Shown piece by piece: positions 49,864 through 58,641 of a stretch of 64,000 nt of DNA. How positions within the stretch are numbered: the first letter of the stretch is position 1; each line of letters starts with the position of its first letter. Made by a program: the position numbers and the translations under genes. The notes beneath the pieces were generated by a model. That model did no database searches. It saw only the letters and a program-made list of their open reading frames with translations, and was not told the DNA's origin. Source of the stretch: Erythrobacter sp. (GTDB taxonomy: Bacteria; Pseudomonadota; Alphaproteobacteria; Sphingomonadales; Sphingomonadaceae); NCBI GenBank assembly GCA_046296075.1, contig JBKBMC010000001.1:13371-77370 (forward strand). Direction: 5' to 3'.

Positions 49864-50549
49864 CCGCAGGTCTTTCGCGTAGCGCGATCAAGCGCGTCAA
49901 GGAAATCATCGCTACGGGCCATCAGCGCCGCGTCCCATGCTTCATTGCTCACCTCAAGTCCGAGCTTTGCAAGGCTCGTGACGCCGTATTCGGCGATTCC
50001 GCATGGCACGATCCCGCCGAAATGGGTGAGGTCCGGCGCGAGATTGACGGAAAAGCCGTGCATTGTGACCCAGCGCCGCACGCGCACACCGATTGCACCA
50101 ATCTTGGCTTCGGCCCCGTCAACATCGCGCGTCCAGATACCGACGCGGCCTTCCGCGCGCCACGCTTCGATACCGAAATCGCCAAGCGTCGCGATCACCC
50201 AGCCTTCGATGGCATGGACAAAGCAGCGCACGTCCTTGCCCCGCTTTGCGAGATCGAGCACCAGATAGCCCACGCGCTGCCCCGGCCCGTGATAGGTATA
50301 GCGCCCGCCGCGCCCGGCCTCGACCACTTCGAAGCGCGGATCGACCAGTTCGGCCGGGTCCGCGCTGGTTCCCGCAGTGTAGACAGGGGGGTGTTCAAGC
50401 AACCACACCAGTTCCATCGCCTCGCCAGAGGCAACCGCTTGATTGCGCGCCTCCATTTCCGCAAGGGCGCGGGTATAGGGCACGGGCGCAGCCTCGCGGC
50501 GCCATTCAAGAGGCGCATGCGCGGGGGATTGCTCTGCAACGCTTGCCAT
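49860..50549 (-). CDS. lipB: Octanoyltransferase
   Basis: [32 protein letters not shown] and IVPCGI. Confidence 0.96.
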   Translation of the reverse strand: MASVAEQSPAHAPLEWRREAAPVPYTRALAEMEARNQAVASGEAMELVWLLEHPPVYTAGTSADPAELVDPRFEVVEAGRGGRYTYHGPGQRVGYLVLDLAKRGKDVRCFVHAIEGWVIATLGDFGIEAWRAEGRVGIWTRDVDGAEAKIGAIGVRVRRWVTMHGFSVNLAPDLTHFGGIVPCGIAEYGVTSLAKLGLEVSNEAWDAALMARSDDFLDALDRATRKTCG

Positions 50550-50648
50550 GGCGCGGCGGTGCAGGCATTCAGCGCGGAGTGCAAGAGGGATTGTGGGCCG
50601 CGCGCGGTGCAATCCGGCTTGCTGTGTGAACTCAAGGGATAAACGGGC

Positions 50649-51500
50649 ATGGCTGGCAAGAAACTCGATATGGGCGCAGCATGGAGCAGCGCTATGGGCC
50701 TCATCGCGCAGAACAAGGATACCGTAGGCGCGATTATCGGCCTGTTCTACTTCCTGCCCTACCTCGCGGTGGGTCTGCTGGTACCCGAAGCGGCCAATCC
50801 GCAGCCCGCCGAGGTGACGCCCGGCGCGAGTCCTGATGCCGCAGCCAAAGCTGCGCTGGAGCAGCTCAGTGCAGCCTATGCCGATAACTGGCCGGTGCTG
50901 CTTAGCGTGACAGTCGCTCAGTTCATCGGCTCGCTCACCCTGCTGGCGCTGCTCGGCAACCCCGATAGCCCCACTGTCGGCGAGGCGCTCAAACGCGGAC
51001 TGGGCGCGGCGCCGTCCTATTTCGTGGCACAGGTGCTCTCGGCGCTGCTGGTCAGCGTCGCGGTGGGTGTGCCACTCGGGCTGGTCATAGCTGTCGCCCC
51101 CGGTGTTGCGGCGGCGATCGCAGTGCTGGCCGCAGTGGTGGGTGCGGTCTATCTCTTCGTGAAGTTTTCGTTGCTGGCACCGGTTGTCGCGATCGAGGGC
51201 GTGCGCAATCCGATCACCGCGCTCACGCGGTCATGGCGGCTGACCAAGGGCAATTCCTTCCGGATTTTCACCTTCATCCTGCTCCTGATCATTACCATCG
51301 GAATCGTCTCGGTCCTGGTGACGCTGGTTCTCGGGCTGGTTTTTGCACTGTTTGACCCGAGCATTGCCGATATCGGCAATGCGGTCATAGCAGCGATCGT
51401 CAACACCGCGCTGGGTGTGATCTTCGTGCTGGCGCTGGCCGCCGTCTACCAGCAGCTTGCCGGGCCGACCGGCGAACAACTCGCCGCGACGTTCGAATAA
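50649..51500 (+). CDS. Integral membrane protein (GDPD-membrane-domain-like)
   Basis: About 6 TM helices; [11 protein letters not shown]. Confidence 0.7.
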   Translation: MAGKKLDMGAAWSSAMGLIAQNKDTVGAIIGLFYFLPYLAVGLLVPEAANPQPAEVTPGASPDAAAKAALEQLSAAYADNWPVLLSVTVAQFIGSLTLLALLGNPDSPTVGEALKRGLGAAPSYFVAQVLSALLVSVAVGVPLGLVIAVAPGVAAAIAVLAAVVGAVYLFVKFSLLAPVVAIEGVRNPITALTRSWRLTKGNSFRIFTFILLLIITIGIVSVLVTLVLGLVFALFDPSIADIGNAVIAAIVNTALGVIFVLALAAVYQQLAGPTGEQLAATFE

Positions 51501-51523
51501 GGGGGCGCAGCGGCGCGCCTGTC

Positions 51524-52870
51524 ATGGCCGAGACCGATCCTGAGATAACGGCATCCGTGCGCGGGAAGGCCAGCGGCGCAATCCCGCCTTCGCGCATGGC
51601 GCTGCTGTTCACCGTGATGCTGGTGACGGCAGCGGGCAACACTGCAATGCAATCGGTGATGCCTTCGATTGGCACAGCGCTCAAGGTCGATGATGTGTGG
51701 ATCAGCCTGGCCTATTCATGGTCGGCACTGTTGTGGGTGGTGTGCGCGCCGATCTGGGCGCGCAGGTCAGACCGGCGCGGGCGCAAGGCGATGATGGCGC
51801 TTGGCTTGATCGGCTTTGTTGTCTCGATGTTGTTGTGCGGGTTATCACTCTATGCGGGCCTTAATGGCTGGCTGTCAGCGCTCTGGACGCTGATTGCCTT
51901 TGCCGCTGCGCGCAGCCTTTATGGCGGGTTCGGAAGCGCCGCGCCGCCGGCAGTGCAGGCCTATGTTGCGGCACGCACTCCGCGTGCAGAACGCACCCAG
52001 GCGCTATCGCTGATCGCCTCAAGCTTCGGACTTGGGACGGTGATTGGCCCGGCGCTTGCCCCGCTGATGGTGCTGCCGTTTCTGGGGCTGGGACTGACCG
52101 GGCCGTTCATCTGTTTTGCGGTGATCGGGCTGGCGGCGCTTGTTGTGCTGCGCCTGCGCTTGCCCAATGACGAGCCGCAATTCGCCGCCCGCGGGCAAGC
52201 AGCGCCTTATTCGAGCGGATCGGGCGCGCCGAGCGATCCCGAAGATGGACCCGAAGGCGACAATGGAGAGGAACCGCCACGTCTCAGCTGGCTCGATCAG
52301 CGGCTGCGTCCGTGGATCATCGCCGGTTTCTTTGGCGGGCATGCGCAGGCGATGGTGTTGGGAGTCTCGGGCTTTCTGGTGCTTGATCGCCTTGGCCTGC
52401 GCGAAACACCGGCAGAGGGCGCGGGACCGGTCGGCCTTGTGCTGATGAGCGGGGCAATCGCGACCTTGCTGGCTCAATGGGGCCTGATTCCGCGGTTTGA
52501 TCTGGGCCCGCGCGCGGCGACCTTGTGGGGTATCGCGACGGCCGCATTCGGTACGCTGGTTCTCGGCCTGGGCGAGAGCCTTCACACCATCGCGCTCGGC
52601 TATGCGATTGCCTCGCTCGGGTTTGGCCTGTTCCGCCCCGGCACAACGGCAGGAACTTCGCTTGCCGTCACGCGGGCCGAGCAGGGCCAGGCAAGCGGCA
52701 TTGTCGCCAGCCTTGCGGGGGCAAGCTATATCTATGCCCCGGCATTGGGGGTCTGGCTTTACGGAACGTCGGACTGGCTTGGCTTCGGCCTGATGATTGC
52801 ACTTTGCCTTGCAGTGCTGGTCCATGGCTGGTTTGCGCTGCAGGCGGATGAGGTTCTGACGCGTTCTTGA
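51524..52870 (+). CDS. MFS transporter
   Basis: Motif A SDRRGRK, GTVIGPALA and 12 TM helices. Confidence 0.9.
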   Translation: MAETDPEITASVRGKASGAIPPSRMALLFTVMLVTAAGNTAMQSVMPSIGTALKVDDVWISLAYSWSALLWVVCAPIWARRSDRRGRKAMMALGLIGFVVSMLLCGLSLYAGLNGWLSALWTLIAFAAARSLYGGFGSAAPPAVQAYVAARTPRAERTQALSLIASSFGLGTVIGPALAPLMVLPFLGLGLTGPFICFAVIGLAALVVLRLRLPNDEPQFAARGQAAPYSSGSGAPSDPEDGPEGDNGEEPPRLSWLDQRLRPWIIAGFFGGHAQAMVLGVSGFLVLDRLGLRETPAEGAGPVGLVLMSGAIATLLAQWGLIPRFDLGPRAATLWGIATAAFGTLVLGLGESLHTIALGYAIASLGFGLFRPGTTAGTSLAVTRAEQGQASGIVASLAGASYIYAPALGVWLYGTSDWLGFGLMIALCLAVLVHGWFALQADEVLTRS

Positions 52871-52943
52871 GCCGCGCAGCCCGTCCGGGCCTGCGTAATC
52901 CTCGCTCACCACCGAACGCCGGTGATCGGCAGCCTCGGCGCGG

Positions 52944-53288
52944 TCAGAGTATTTCCAGAACGACATCCTGCGGACGGCAGAGCCTCACGCCCTTCTCGGT
53001 CTCCACCAGCGGGCGTTCGATCAGCTTGGGATCGGCCGCCATCGCGGCAAGAACCGTCGCATCATCGGCCTGCGGCAGCCCGCGCTCTTCGGCATCGGTG
53101 CCGCGCAGGCGCAGGCCTTGCTGCGGCGTGATCCCCGCATCGCGGTAAAGCTGGGCGAGCTTTAAAGCTGTGGGCGGCGTTTTGAGGTATTCGACCACCG
53201 TCAGATCAATCTTCGAAAGGCTCTCGAGAATCGCCAGGGTCTTGCGCGATGTGCCGCAATTGGGGTTGTGCCAAATGGTCGCTTTCAT
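52944..53288 (-). CDS. ArsC/Spx-family (arsenate reductase-like) protein
   Basis: HNPNCGTSRK, EYLKTPP and LIERP. Confidence 0.88.
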   Translation of the reverse strand: MKATIWHNPNCGTSRKTLAILESLSKIDLTVVEYLKTPPTALKLAQLYRDAGITPQQGLRLRGTDAEERGLPQADDATVLAAMAADPKLIERPLVETEKGVRLCRPQDVVLEIL

Positions 53289-53391
53289 CGGGTTGCTCCA
53301 GCCTTGTCCTGTCGCAGCGGCTTAGCCACAGGCGCGCAGAAATGCCACAGATTGAGCGAGATCAAGGCACCCATCATTTTTCCTTTGCACC

Positions 53392-53410
53392 TGCGAGTGA
53401 GTTGCAATAA
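53392..53410. promoter_or_regulatory. Fur-like box upstream of the FecA-like receptor
   Basis: TGCGAGTGAGTTGCAATAA; shares TGCGAGT.A.T..CAATAAC with the bfd site. Confidence 0.6.
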
Positions 53411-53444
53411 CGCGACCTCACATATGCAGATGCAAAGGATTCTC

Positions 53445-55715
53445 ATGAACAGCCCGGCCTTCCGCACAGCCCTTCTCCTCGGTTGTGCTTGCCTGAGCCT
53501 GCCCGCCTACGCCGCTGAAGATAGCGCGGATGAAGCGATTGTCGAAGGCACGGCACCCGTCGGAACGGAAATCGTCGTGGTCGGCGATAACGAGACTGCC
53601 AACACCATCAGCGGCTCCTTCAGCACCATCAGCGCACAGGATCTCAAGCGTAGCCGCGTGCTCAACGTCAACGACGCATTGCGGCAGGTCGCGGGTGTAT
53701 TCCCGCGCGATGAAGAAGGCGCAGGTGTGCGCCCCAATATCGGGATTCGCGGACTCAACCCGGTCCGTTCCACCAAGGTGCTGCTGCTCGAGGATGGCAT
53801 TCCCCTCGGCTTTGCCCCTTATGGTGATAATGCGGCCTATTATCATCCGCCAATCCAGCGCTTTTCCGGGGTCGAGGTGTTGAAAGGTGCAGGCCAGATC
53901 CGCTTCGGCCCACAGACCATTGGTGGCGTTGTCAATTACATTACCCCTGATGTGCCGACCGAGCTGATGGCGCAGGGCACAATCGCCGCAGGCAACCGCG
54001 ATCAGTTGATGCTGGACGGGCAGCTTGGCGGGCGCTTGCTCGGCGGCGGGGTGATGCTCCACGTCAATCACAACCAGACCGACGGCAATCGCGATAACCA
54101 GGCGATCAAGTTCACTGACATCTTCCTCAAAGGCGCATGGGAACTTGGCCCCGATCACGGCCTGACCATCAAGCTGTCGCGCTTCCGCGAGGATAGCCAG
54201 CTCACTTACTCTGGCCTGACCCGCGCCGAATTCGCGGCCAATCCGCGCGGCAATGTGTTCATAAACGACGATTTCCAGACAGAACGGCTGAACGCCACGC
54301 TTGCCCACCGCTGGGATCTGACAGGCGATCTGACGCTGCGCACCACGGCCTATTACCACCACTTTGCCCGCGACTGGTGGCGGCAATCCTCCAATTCCGG
54401 CCAGCGTCCGAATGACGCGAGCGATCCCGCGTGCGGAGGCCTTGCCAACCTCTCGACGACTTGCGGCAACGAAGGACGCCTGCGCGATTACGACACGTTC
54501 GGCATCGAATCCCGCCTGACCGTCGATCACAATCTGCTCGGCTTTGGCGGAGCGACCGAGATTGGTGTGCGTGCGCATCAGGAGTACCAGCGGCGACGCC
54601 AGTGGAATGGCGACACGCCGACAGCCCGCACCCCCGGCACCGGGGTCAATGGCGGGGTCCGCGAAAACAGCGAACGCGATGCATTCGCCTTTTCTGCCTT
54701 CCTGCAATCGCGCCTTGAATTCGGCGATTTCGCTCTCACGCCCGGCGTGCGCGGCGAGTTCATCAAGTATGACCGCCGCAGTCTGCCTGTCGATGTGATT
54801 GCAGGCGGACGCCCGACCGGCGCGCTCACCACCCCGGTCAGTGGGAGCGAGCGGCTCAACAAGGTGCTGCCCGGTCTTGGCGCCACCTGGAACCTCACGC
54901 CCGATGTGACGCTTTACGGCGGCGTGCATCGCGGCTTTGCCCCACCCCGTGTCGAGGATATCATCACCGCCGGAGGTGGCTCGGTCGATCTCGATCCCGA
55001 ACTGAGCACCAATTGGGAGATTGGCGTGCGCGGCACGATCACGCCCGGTATCCGCGGCGATGCGACGTTCTTCGTGATGGATTTCGATAACCAGATCGTG
55101 GCCCAATCGGTTGCCGGCGGGATTGGCACACAGCTCACTTCGGCAGGCCGTACACTGCACAAGGGCGGCGAATTGTCTCTGACCGGCTCCTCGCGCGATG
55201 CGGGGTGGACATCGCCGGAGACGGATATCTTCGCCCGCGTGGCTACAACATGGGTAGCCGAGGCGCGCTACAACAGCACCCGCATTGCAACGCCCCCCTG
55301 TTTTGACGGGGCTGCGTCCGGGACTCTTGTCGCGACTGGCGCGGGCGCTGTGCCGTGCGGCATCGCGCGTGATGTAAATGGCAACCGCCTGCCCTATTCG
55401 CCGGAATGGCTGTTTTCAGCGGCTGTCGGCGTCGAACACAAAGGCTTTACCGGCCAGCTCGAACTCGTCAGCCAGTCGGATATGTTCGCAGATGACGCGA
55501 ACCTCATCCCGGTGACGCCGGATGGCCAGCGCGGCCTGATCGAGGGCTGGACACAGGTCAACGTGGCGCTGTCCTATGGTCCGCCAAACGGCAAGTGGGA
55601 GGTCTTCACCACTGCGCGAAACCTGTTTGACCGCACGTTCATCATCGATCGGGCACGCGGCATTCTGCCGGGCCAGCCCTTCACCATTCAGGCCGGGTTG
55701 GCGGTGCGTTACTGA
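53445..55715 (+). CDS. FecA-like TonB-dependent iron receptor
   Basis: NIGIRGLNP.RS.KVLLLEDGIP...APY, EVLKG and GPQTIGGVVN; terminal aromatic residue; Fur-like box upstream. Confidence 0.9.
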   Translation: MNSPAFRTALLLGCACLSLPAYAAEDSADEAIVEGTAPVGTEIVVVGDNETANTISGSFSTISAQDLKRSRVLNVNDALRQVAGVFPRDEEGAGVRPNIGIRGLNPVRSTKVLLLEDGIPLGFAPYGDNAAYYHPPIQRFSGVEVLKGAGQIRFGPQTIGGVVNYITPDVPTELMAQGTIAAGNRDQLMLDGQLGGRLLGGGVMLHVNHNQTDGNRDNQAIKFTDIFLKGAWELGPDHGLTIKLSRFREDSQLTYSGLTRAEFAANPRGNVFINDDFQTERLNATLAHRWDLTGDLTLRTTAYYHHFARDWWRQSSNSGQRPNDASDPACGGLANLSTTCGNEGRLRDYDTFGIESRLTVDHNLLGFGGATEIGVRAHQEYQRRRQWNGDTPTARTPGTGVNGGVRENSERDAFAFSAFLQSRLEFGDFALTPGVRGEFIKYDRRSLPVDVIAGGRPTGALTTPVSGSERLNKVLPGLGATWNLTPDVTLYGGVHRGFAPPRVEDIITAGGGSVDLDPELSTNWEIGVRGTITPGIRGDATFFVMDFDNQIVAQSVAGGIGTQLTSAGRTLHKGGELSLTGSSRDAGWTSPETDIFARVATTWVAEARYNSTRIATPPCFDGAASGTLVATGAGAVPCGIARDVNGNRLPYSPEWLFSAAVGVEHKGFTGQLELVSQSDMFADDANLIPVTPDGQRGLIEGWTQVNVALSYGPPNGKWEVFTTARNLFDRTFIIDRARGILPGQPFTIQAGLAVRY

Positions 55716-56269
55716 TCGGTCCGGGCACCCGGCGCAGATAGCGCCGGGACAGCCTGCGCAGCATCGTCGGCACTGATACCCGGCGCGGGCGCGGCGCTCA
55801 GTGCTTCGCGGCGCCGCGCCACGCGGCCTGCCAGCTCGATTGCGCGCACCAGCCGGGGATAGACCCCGCAGCGGCACAGATTGGGCACGGCGGCCTCGAT
55901 CTCCTCACGGGTTGGCACAGGGTTGCGCTGGATCAGCGCGGCTGCCGCCATCACCATGCCGGGCGTGCAGAAACCGCACTGGATTGCCTGTTCAGCCACC
56001 ATCGCCTGCTGCACCGGATGCGAGCGATCGCGGGAAAGCCCCTCGATGGTGGTGACATAGCGCCCCTCGGCCTCGGCGAGCGAGACCCGGCAGGAACGCA
56101 GCGCCGTGCCGTCGATGATCACGGTGCACGCCGCACCAATACAATCATTGCCGCTGCCGCAGCTTTTCGTGCCCGTAAGGTTGGCCGCCTCGCGCAGCGC
56201 GAACAACAGCGGCGTTCGCGGATCGAGATCGAACTCGACCGGGCGTTCGTTGACAGTCATGCGGGGCAT
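55709..56269 (-). CDS. IorA/CoxS-like (2Fe-2S)-binding subunit
   Basis: TPLLFALRE, TTIEGL, QCGFCTPG and NLCRCG; first Cys motif is atypical. Confidence 0.88.
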   Translation of the reverse strand: MPRMTVNERPVEFDLDPRTPLLFALREAANLTGTKSCGSGNDCIGAACTVIIDGTALRSCRVSLAEAEGRYVTTIEGLSRDRSHPVQQAMVAEQAIQCGFCTPGMVMAAAALIQRNPVPTREEIEAAVPNLCRCGVYPRLVRAIELAGRVARRREALSAAPAPGISADDAAQAVPALSAPGARTDQ

Positions 56270-56284
56270 CGGAGGAGTGCTGTC

Positions 56285-57061
56285 CTAGCTGCGCCAGCTA
56301 TCGTCGATGCGATCAATCCGGCGCTTCCACGCTTCGAAATCGAACAGGCCGGCACCGCCCTGCCCCGCCATCACCGCCAGATCGCGCTGGTGCACATCGA
56401 CTACCTCTTGCGGGACCAGCGTGGGGTTGCCCATGCCGAGCGTCGCCACCTGGATTTCACATGCGCGCTGCAAGGCCCACATCTTCACGAACATGCCGGG
56501 GATCGTGCGATCCATCACCACAGGGCCATGATTGCGCAGCATCAGGATCGACTTGTCACCGAGATTTGCGACCAGCCGTTCGCCTTCCTCGGCGCGCACC
56601 GTGACGCCTTCGAAATCGTGGTAGCCGATCTGCCCCTGGAAATTGCAGGCGTAGAAATTGCACGGGACGAGGCCATCCTTGTGGCTCGCCACGGCCATTG
56701 TTGCCGTGGTGTGGACGTGGCAGATCGCGGCTGCCTTATCGCCCAGATGCTTGTGGAAATAGGCGTGCTGCGTGAAACCTGCCTTGTTCACCATGTACTG
56801 CGAAGGGCCGACATTGTTGCCTTCGACATCGATCTTCACGAGATTGCTCGCCGTCACCTCGTCATAAAGGAGGCCGAACGGATTGATGAGGAAAGTGTCC
56901 GCTTCCCCCGGCACTTTCACCGAGATGTGGTTGTAGATCGATTCCGCCCAGCCGAGGTGATCGAAAATGCGATAGCATGCGGCCAGATCAAGCCGCGCCT
57001 GCCATTCCGCCTTGCTGCACTGATCCTGCACGCTGTTGCCGCTCTGAAGCTGCGTTGCCAT
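56285..57061 (-). CDS. Class II aldolase/adducin family protein
   Basis: RLDLAACYR, NHIS, FLINP, HVHT and LRNHG. Confidence 0.92.
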   Translation of the reverse strand: MATQLQSGNSVQDQCSKAEWQARLDLAACYRIFDHLGWAESIYNHISVKVPGEADTFLINPFGLLYDEVTASNLVKIDVEGNNVGPSQYMVNKAGFTQHAYFHKHLGDKAAAICHVHTTATMAVASHKDGLVPCNFYACNFQGQIGYHDFEGVTVRAEEGERLVANLGDKSILMLRNHGPVVMDRTIPGMFVKMWALQRACEIQVATLGMGNPTLVPQEVVDVHQRDLAVMAGQGGAGLFDFEAWKRRIDRIDDSWRS

Positions 57062-57184
57062 GGTATGTTCTCTCCCGAAATGCCGCTTTTGCCCCTTAAA
57101 CCCCTCTTGGATCACGCCCGCAAGCCCATGCTTGCAACATATTGCTTTGCCAAGGCGCGCTGCGCTCGCTAGCCCTGACGGCGA

Positions 57185-58588
57185 ATGTCTGCCTCTGCCT
57201 CTCCACCAGTTCAGCCTTTGCCCGCCGCAGGAGCGAGCGCACAGGCGCGGCTGGTAACAGGCAGCATCCCGCGCCACCTGTTCGAACAGACCTTGCCGAT
57301 GATCATCGGCGTTGCCGCAGTGATGTCGATCGGCCTCGTCGATACCTATTTCATCGGGCAATTGGGCAGCGCCGAGCTGGCGGCGATCTCGTTCATCTTC
57401 CCCGTCTCGGTGGCGACCACGTCGCTCGGGGTCGGCGTAATGGTCGGGATCAACGCGGTTGTCGCCCGCGCACTGGGCGAAGGCGATTTTGCCAAGGCGG
57501 CACGGCGCGCCAATTTCGGCATCGTCTTTGCCCTGGCCTGCGGCGCAATTATGGGGGCCGCACTCTACCTGCTGATCGATCCGCTGTTCGGCGCAATGAA
57601 TGCGCCGCAAGCCATCATGCCGCTGATCCGCCTTTACATGGAGCCGCTCGCGCTCGGGTTTCCACTAATCCTGCTCATCATGGGCTTCAACGGAGTGCTG
57701 CGCGGACAGGGTGAAGCGCGGCGCACGAGTGTTATCAGCATCACCTATGCAGCGGCAAACTGGATCCTTGATCCCATCCTGATTACCGGGGCGTTCGGGA
57801 TCGAGGGATTTGGTATGGCGGGCGCCGCTTATGCCACGGTGATCGGCTGGGGTGCGGGGGTGGCAATGTGCCTGTGGCTGACCCGTGCAACGCAATTGCC
57901 GCTTGATCTGGTGCTGCTGAAAGATTGCAACATGGCCGAACAAGCCCGCGCGATCATCCGCATCGGCCTGCCCGCTGCTTTCTCGAACGCGATCAACCCG
58001 ATGGGCCTTGCGATCCTGACCGCGTTGGTCGCGCTCGAAGGGGATGCCGCTGTCGCCGGCTTTGGCGCAGCCGGACGCCTGCAAAGCTTTGTGATTGTGC
58101 CGCTGCTTGGCCTGTCCGGAGCGATCGGTGCGATTATCGGACAGAACTGGGGCGCACAGCAATATGGAAGGGCACGCGAGGCGGCGCTTTATGCAGGCGG
58201 TTTCTGTGTGATCTATGGCCTGCTGGTTGCGCTTGCCATGATCAGTTTCGGCGAATGGTTTGCTTATCTGTTTACCCGTGATCCGGCGGTGATCGCGGAA
58301 TTTGCGCTCTACCTGAAAATCGCCGCTTGGGGCTATGCAGGGTTTGGCCTGTTGATTGTGGGCAATGGCATCATGAACGCGGTTGACCGGGCAAATCTTG
58401 CGCTGATGCAATCAGTGGGCCGAGTGTTCCTCGTCATGCTGCCGACAGCTCTGGTGCTGCGCGCGGAATGGGGCAGCGCTGCGATATTCACCGCGGAACT
58501 GGCCGCCAACCTGTTCGGCGCCTTGTCCGCTATTTTGCTGGTTCGCCATGTGCTGGCCCGCGCTTACCGGCCATGGGTGAAGGCCTGA
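57185..58588 (+). CDS. MATE family efflux transporter
   Basis: DTYFIGQLG..ELAA, LRGQG, NWILDPIL and GQNWGA. Confidence 0.93.
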   Translation: MSASASPPVQPLPAAGASAQARLVTGSIPRHLFEQTLPMIIGVAAVMSIGLVDTYFIGQLGSAELAAISFIFPVSVATTSLGVGVMVGINAVVARALGEGDFAKAARRANFGIVFALACGAIMGAALYLLIDPLFGAMNAPQAIMPLIRLYMEPLALGFPLILLIMGFNGVLRGQGEARRTSVISITYAAANWILDPILITGAFGIEGFGMAGAAYATVIGWGAGVAMCLWLTRATQLPLDLVLLKDCNMAEQARAIIRIGLPAAFSNAINPMGLAILTALVALEGDAAVAGFGAAGRLQSFVIVPLLGLSGAIGAIIGQNWGAQQYGRAREAALYAGGFCVIYGLLVALAMISFGEWFAYLFTRDPAVIAEFALYLKIAAWGYAGFGLLIVGNGIMNAVDRANLALMQSVGRVFLVMLPTALVLRAEWGSAAIFTAELAANLFGALSAILLVRHVLARAYRPWVKA

Positions 58589-58602
58589 AAAGAAACGTCT
58601 TG

Positions 58603-58621
58603 CTAGGCCAAATTTAACCAT
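58603..58621. promoter_or_regulatory. CtrA-like site upstream of cheA
   Basis: CTAG-N7-TTAAC, including TTAACCAT. Confidence 0.5.
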
Positions 58622-58641
58622 CTCGCGGCAAAGCAGGCAAC

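Noticed and set aside
52944-53288. Arsenic resistance locus
   Set aside because: A lone ArsC-family gene without arsR, arsB or acr3; such genes are common housekeeping orphans.
53418-55160. 580-aa minus-strand ORF
   Set aside because: Antisense shadow of the FecA-like receptor.
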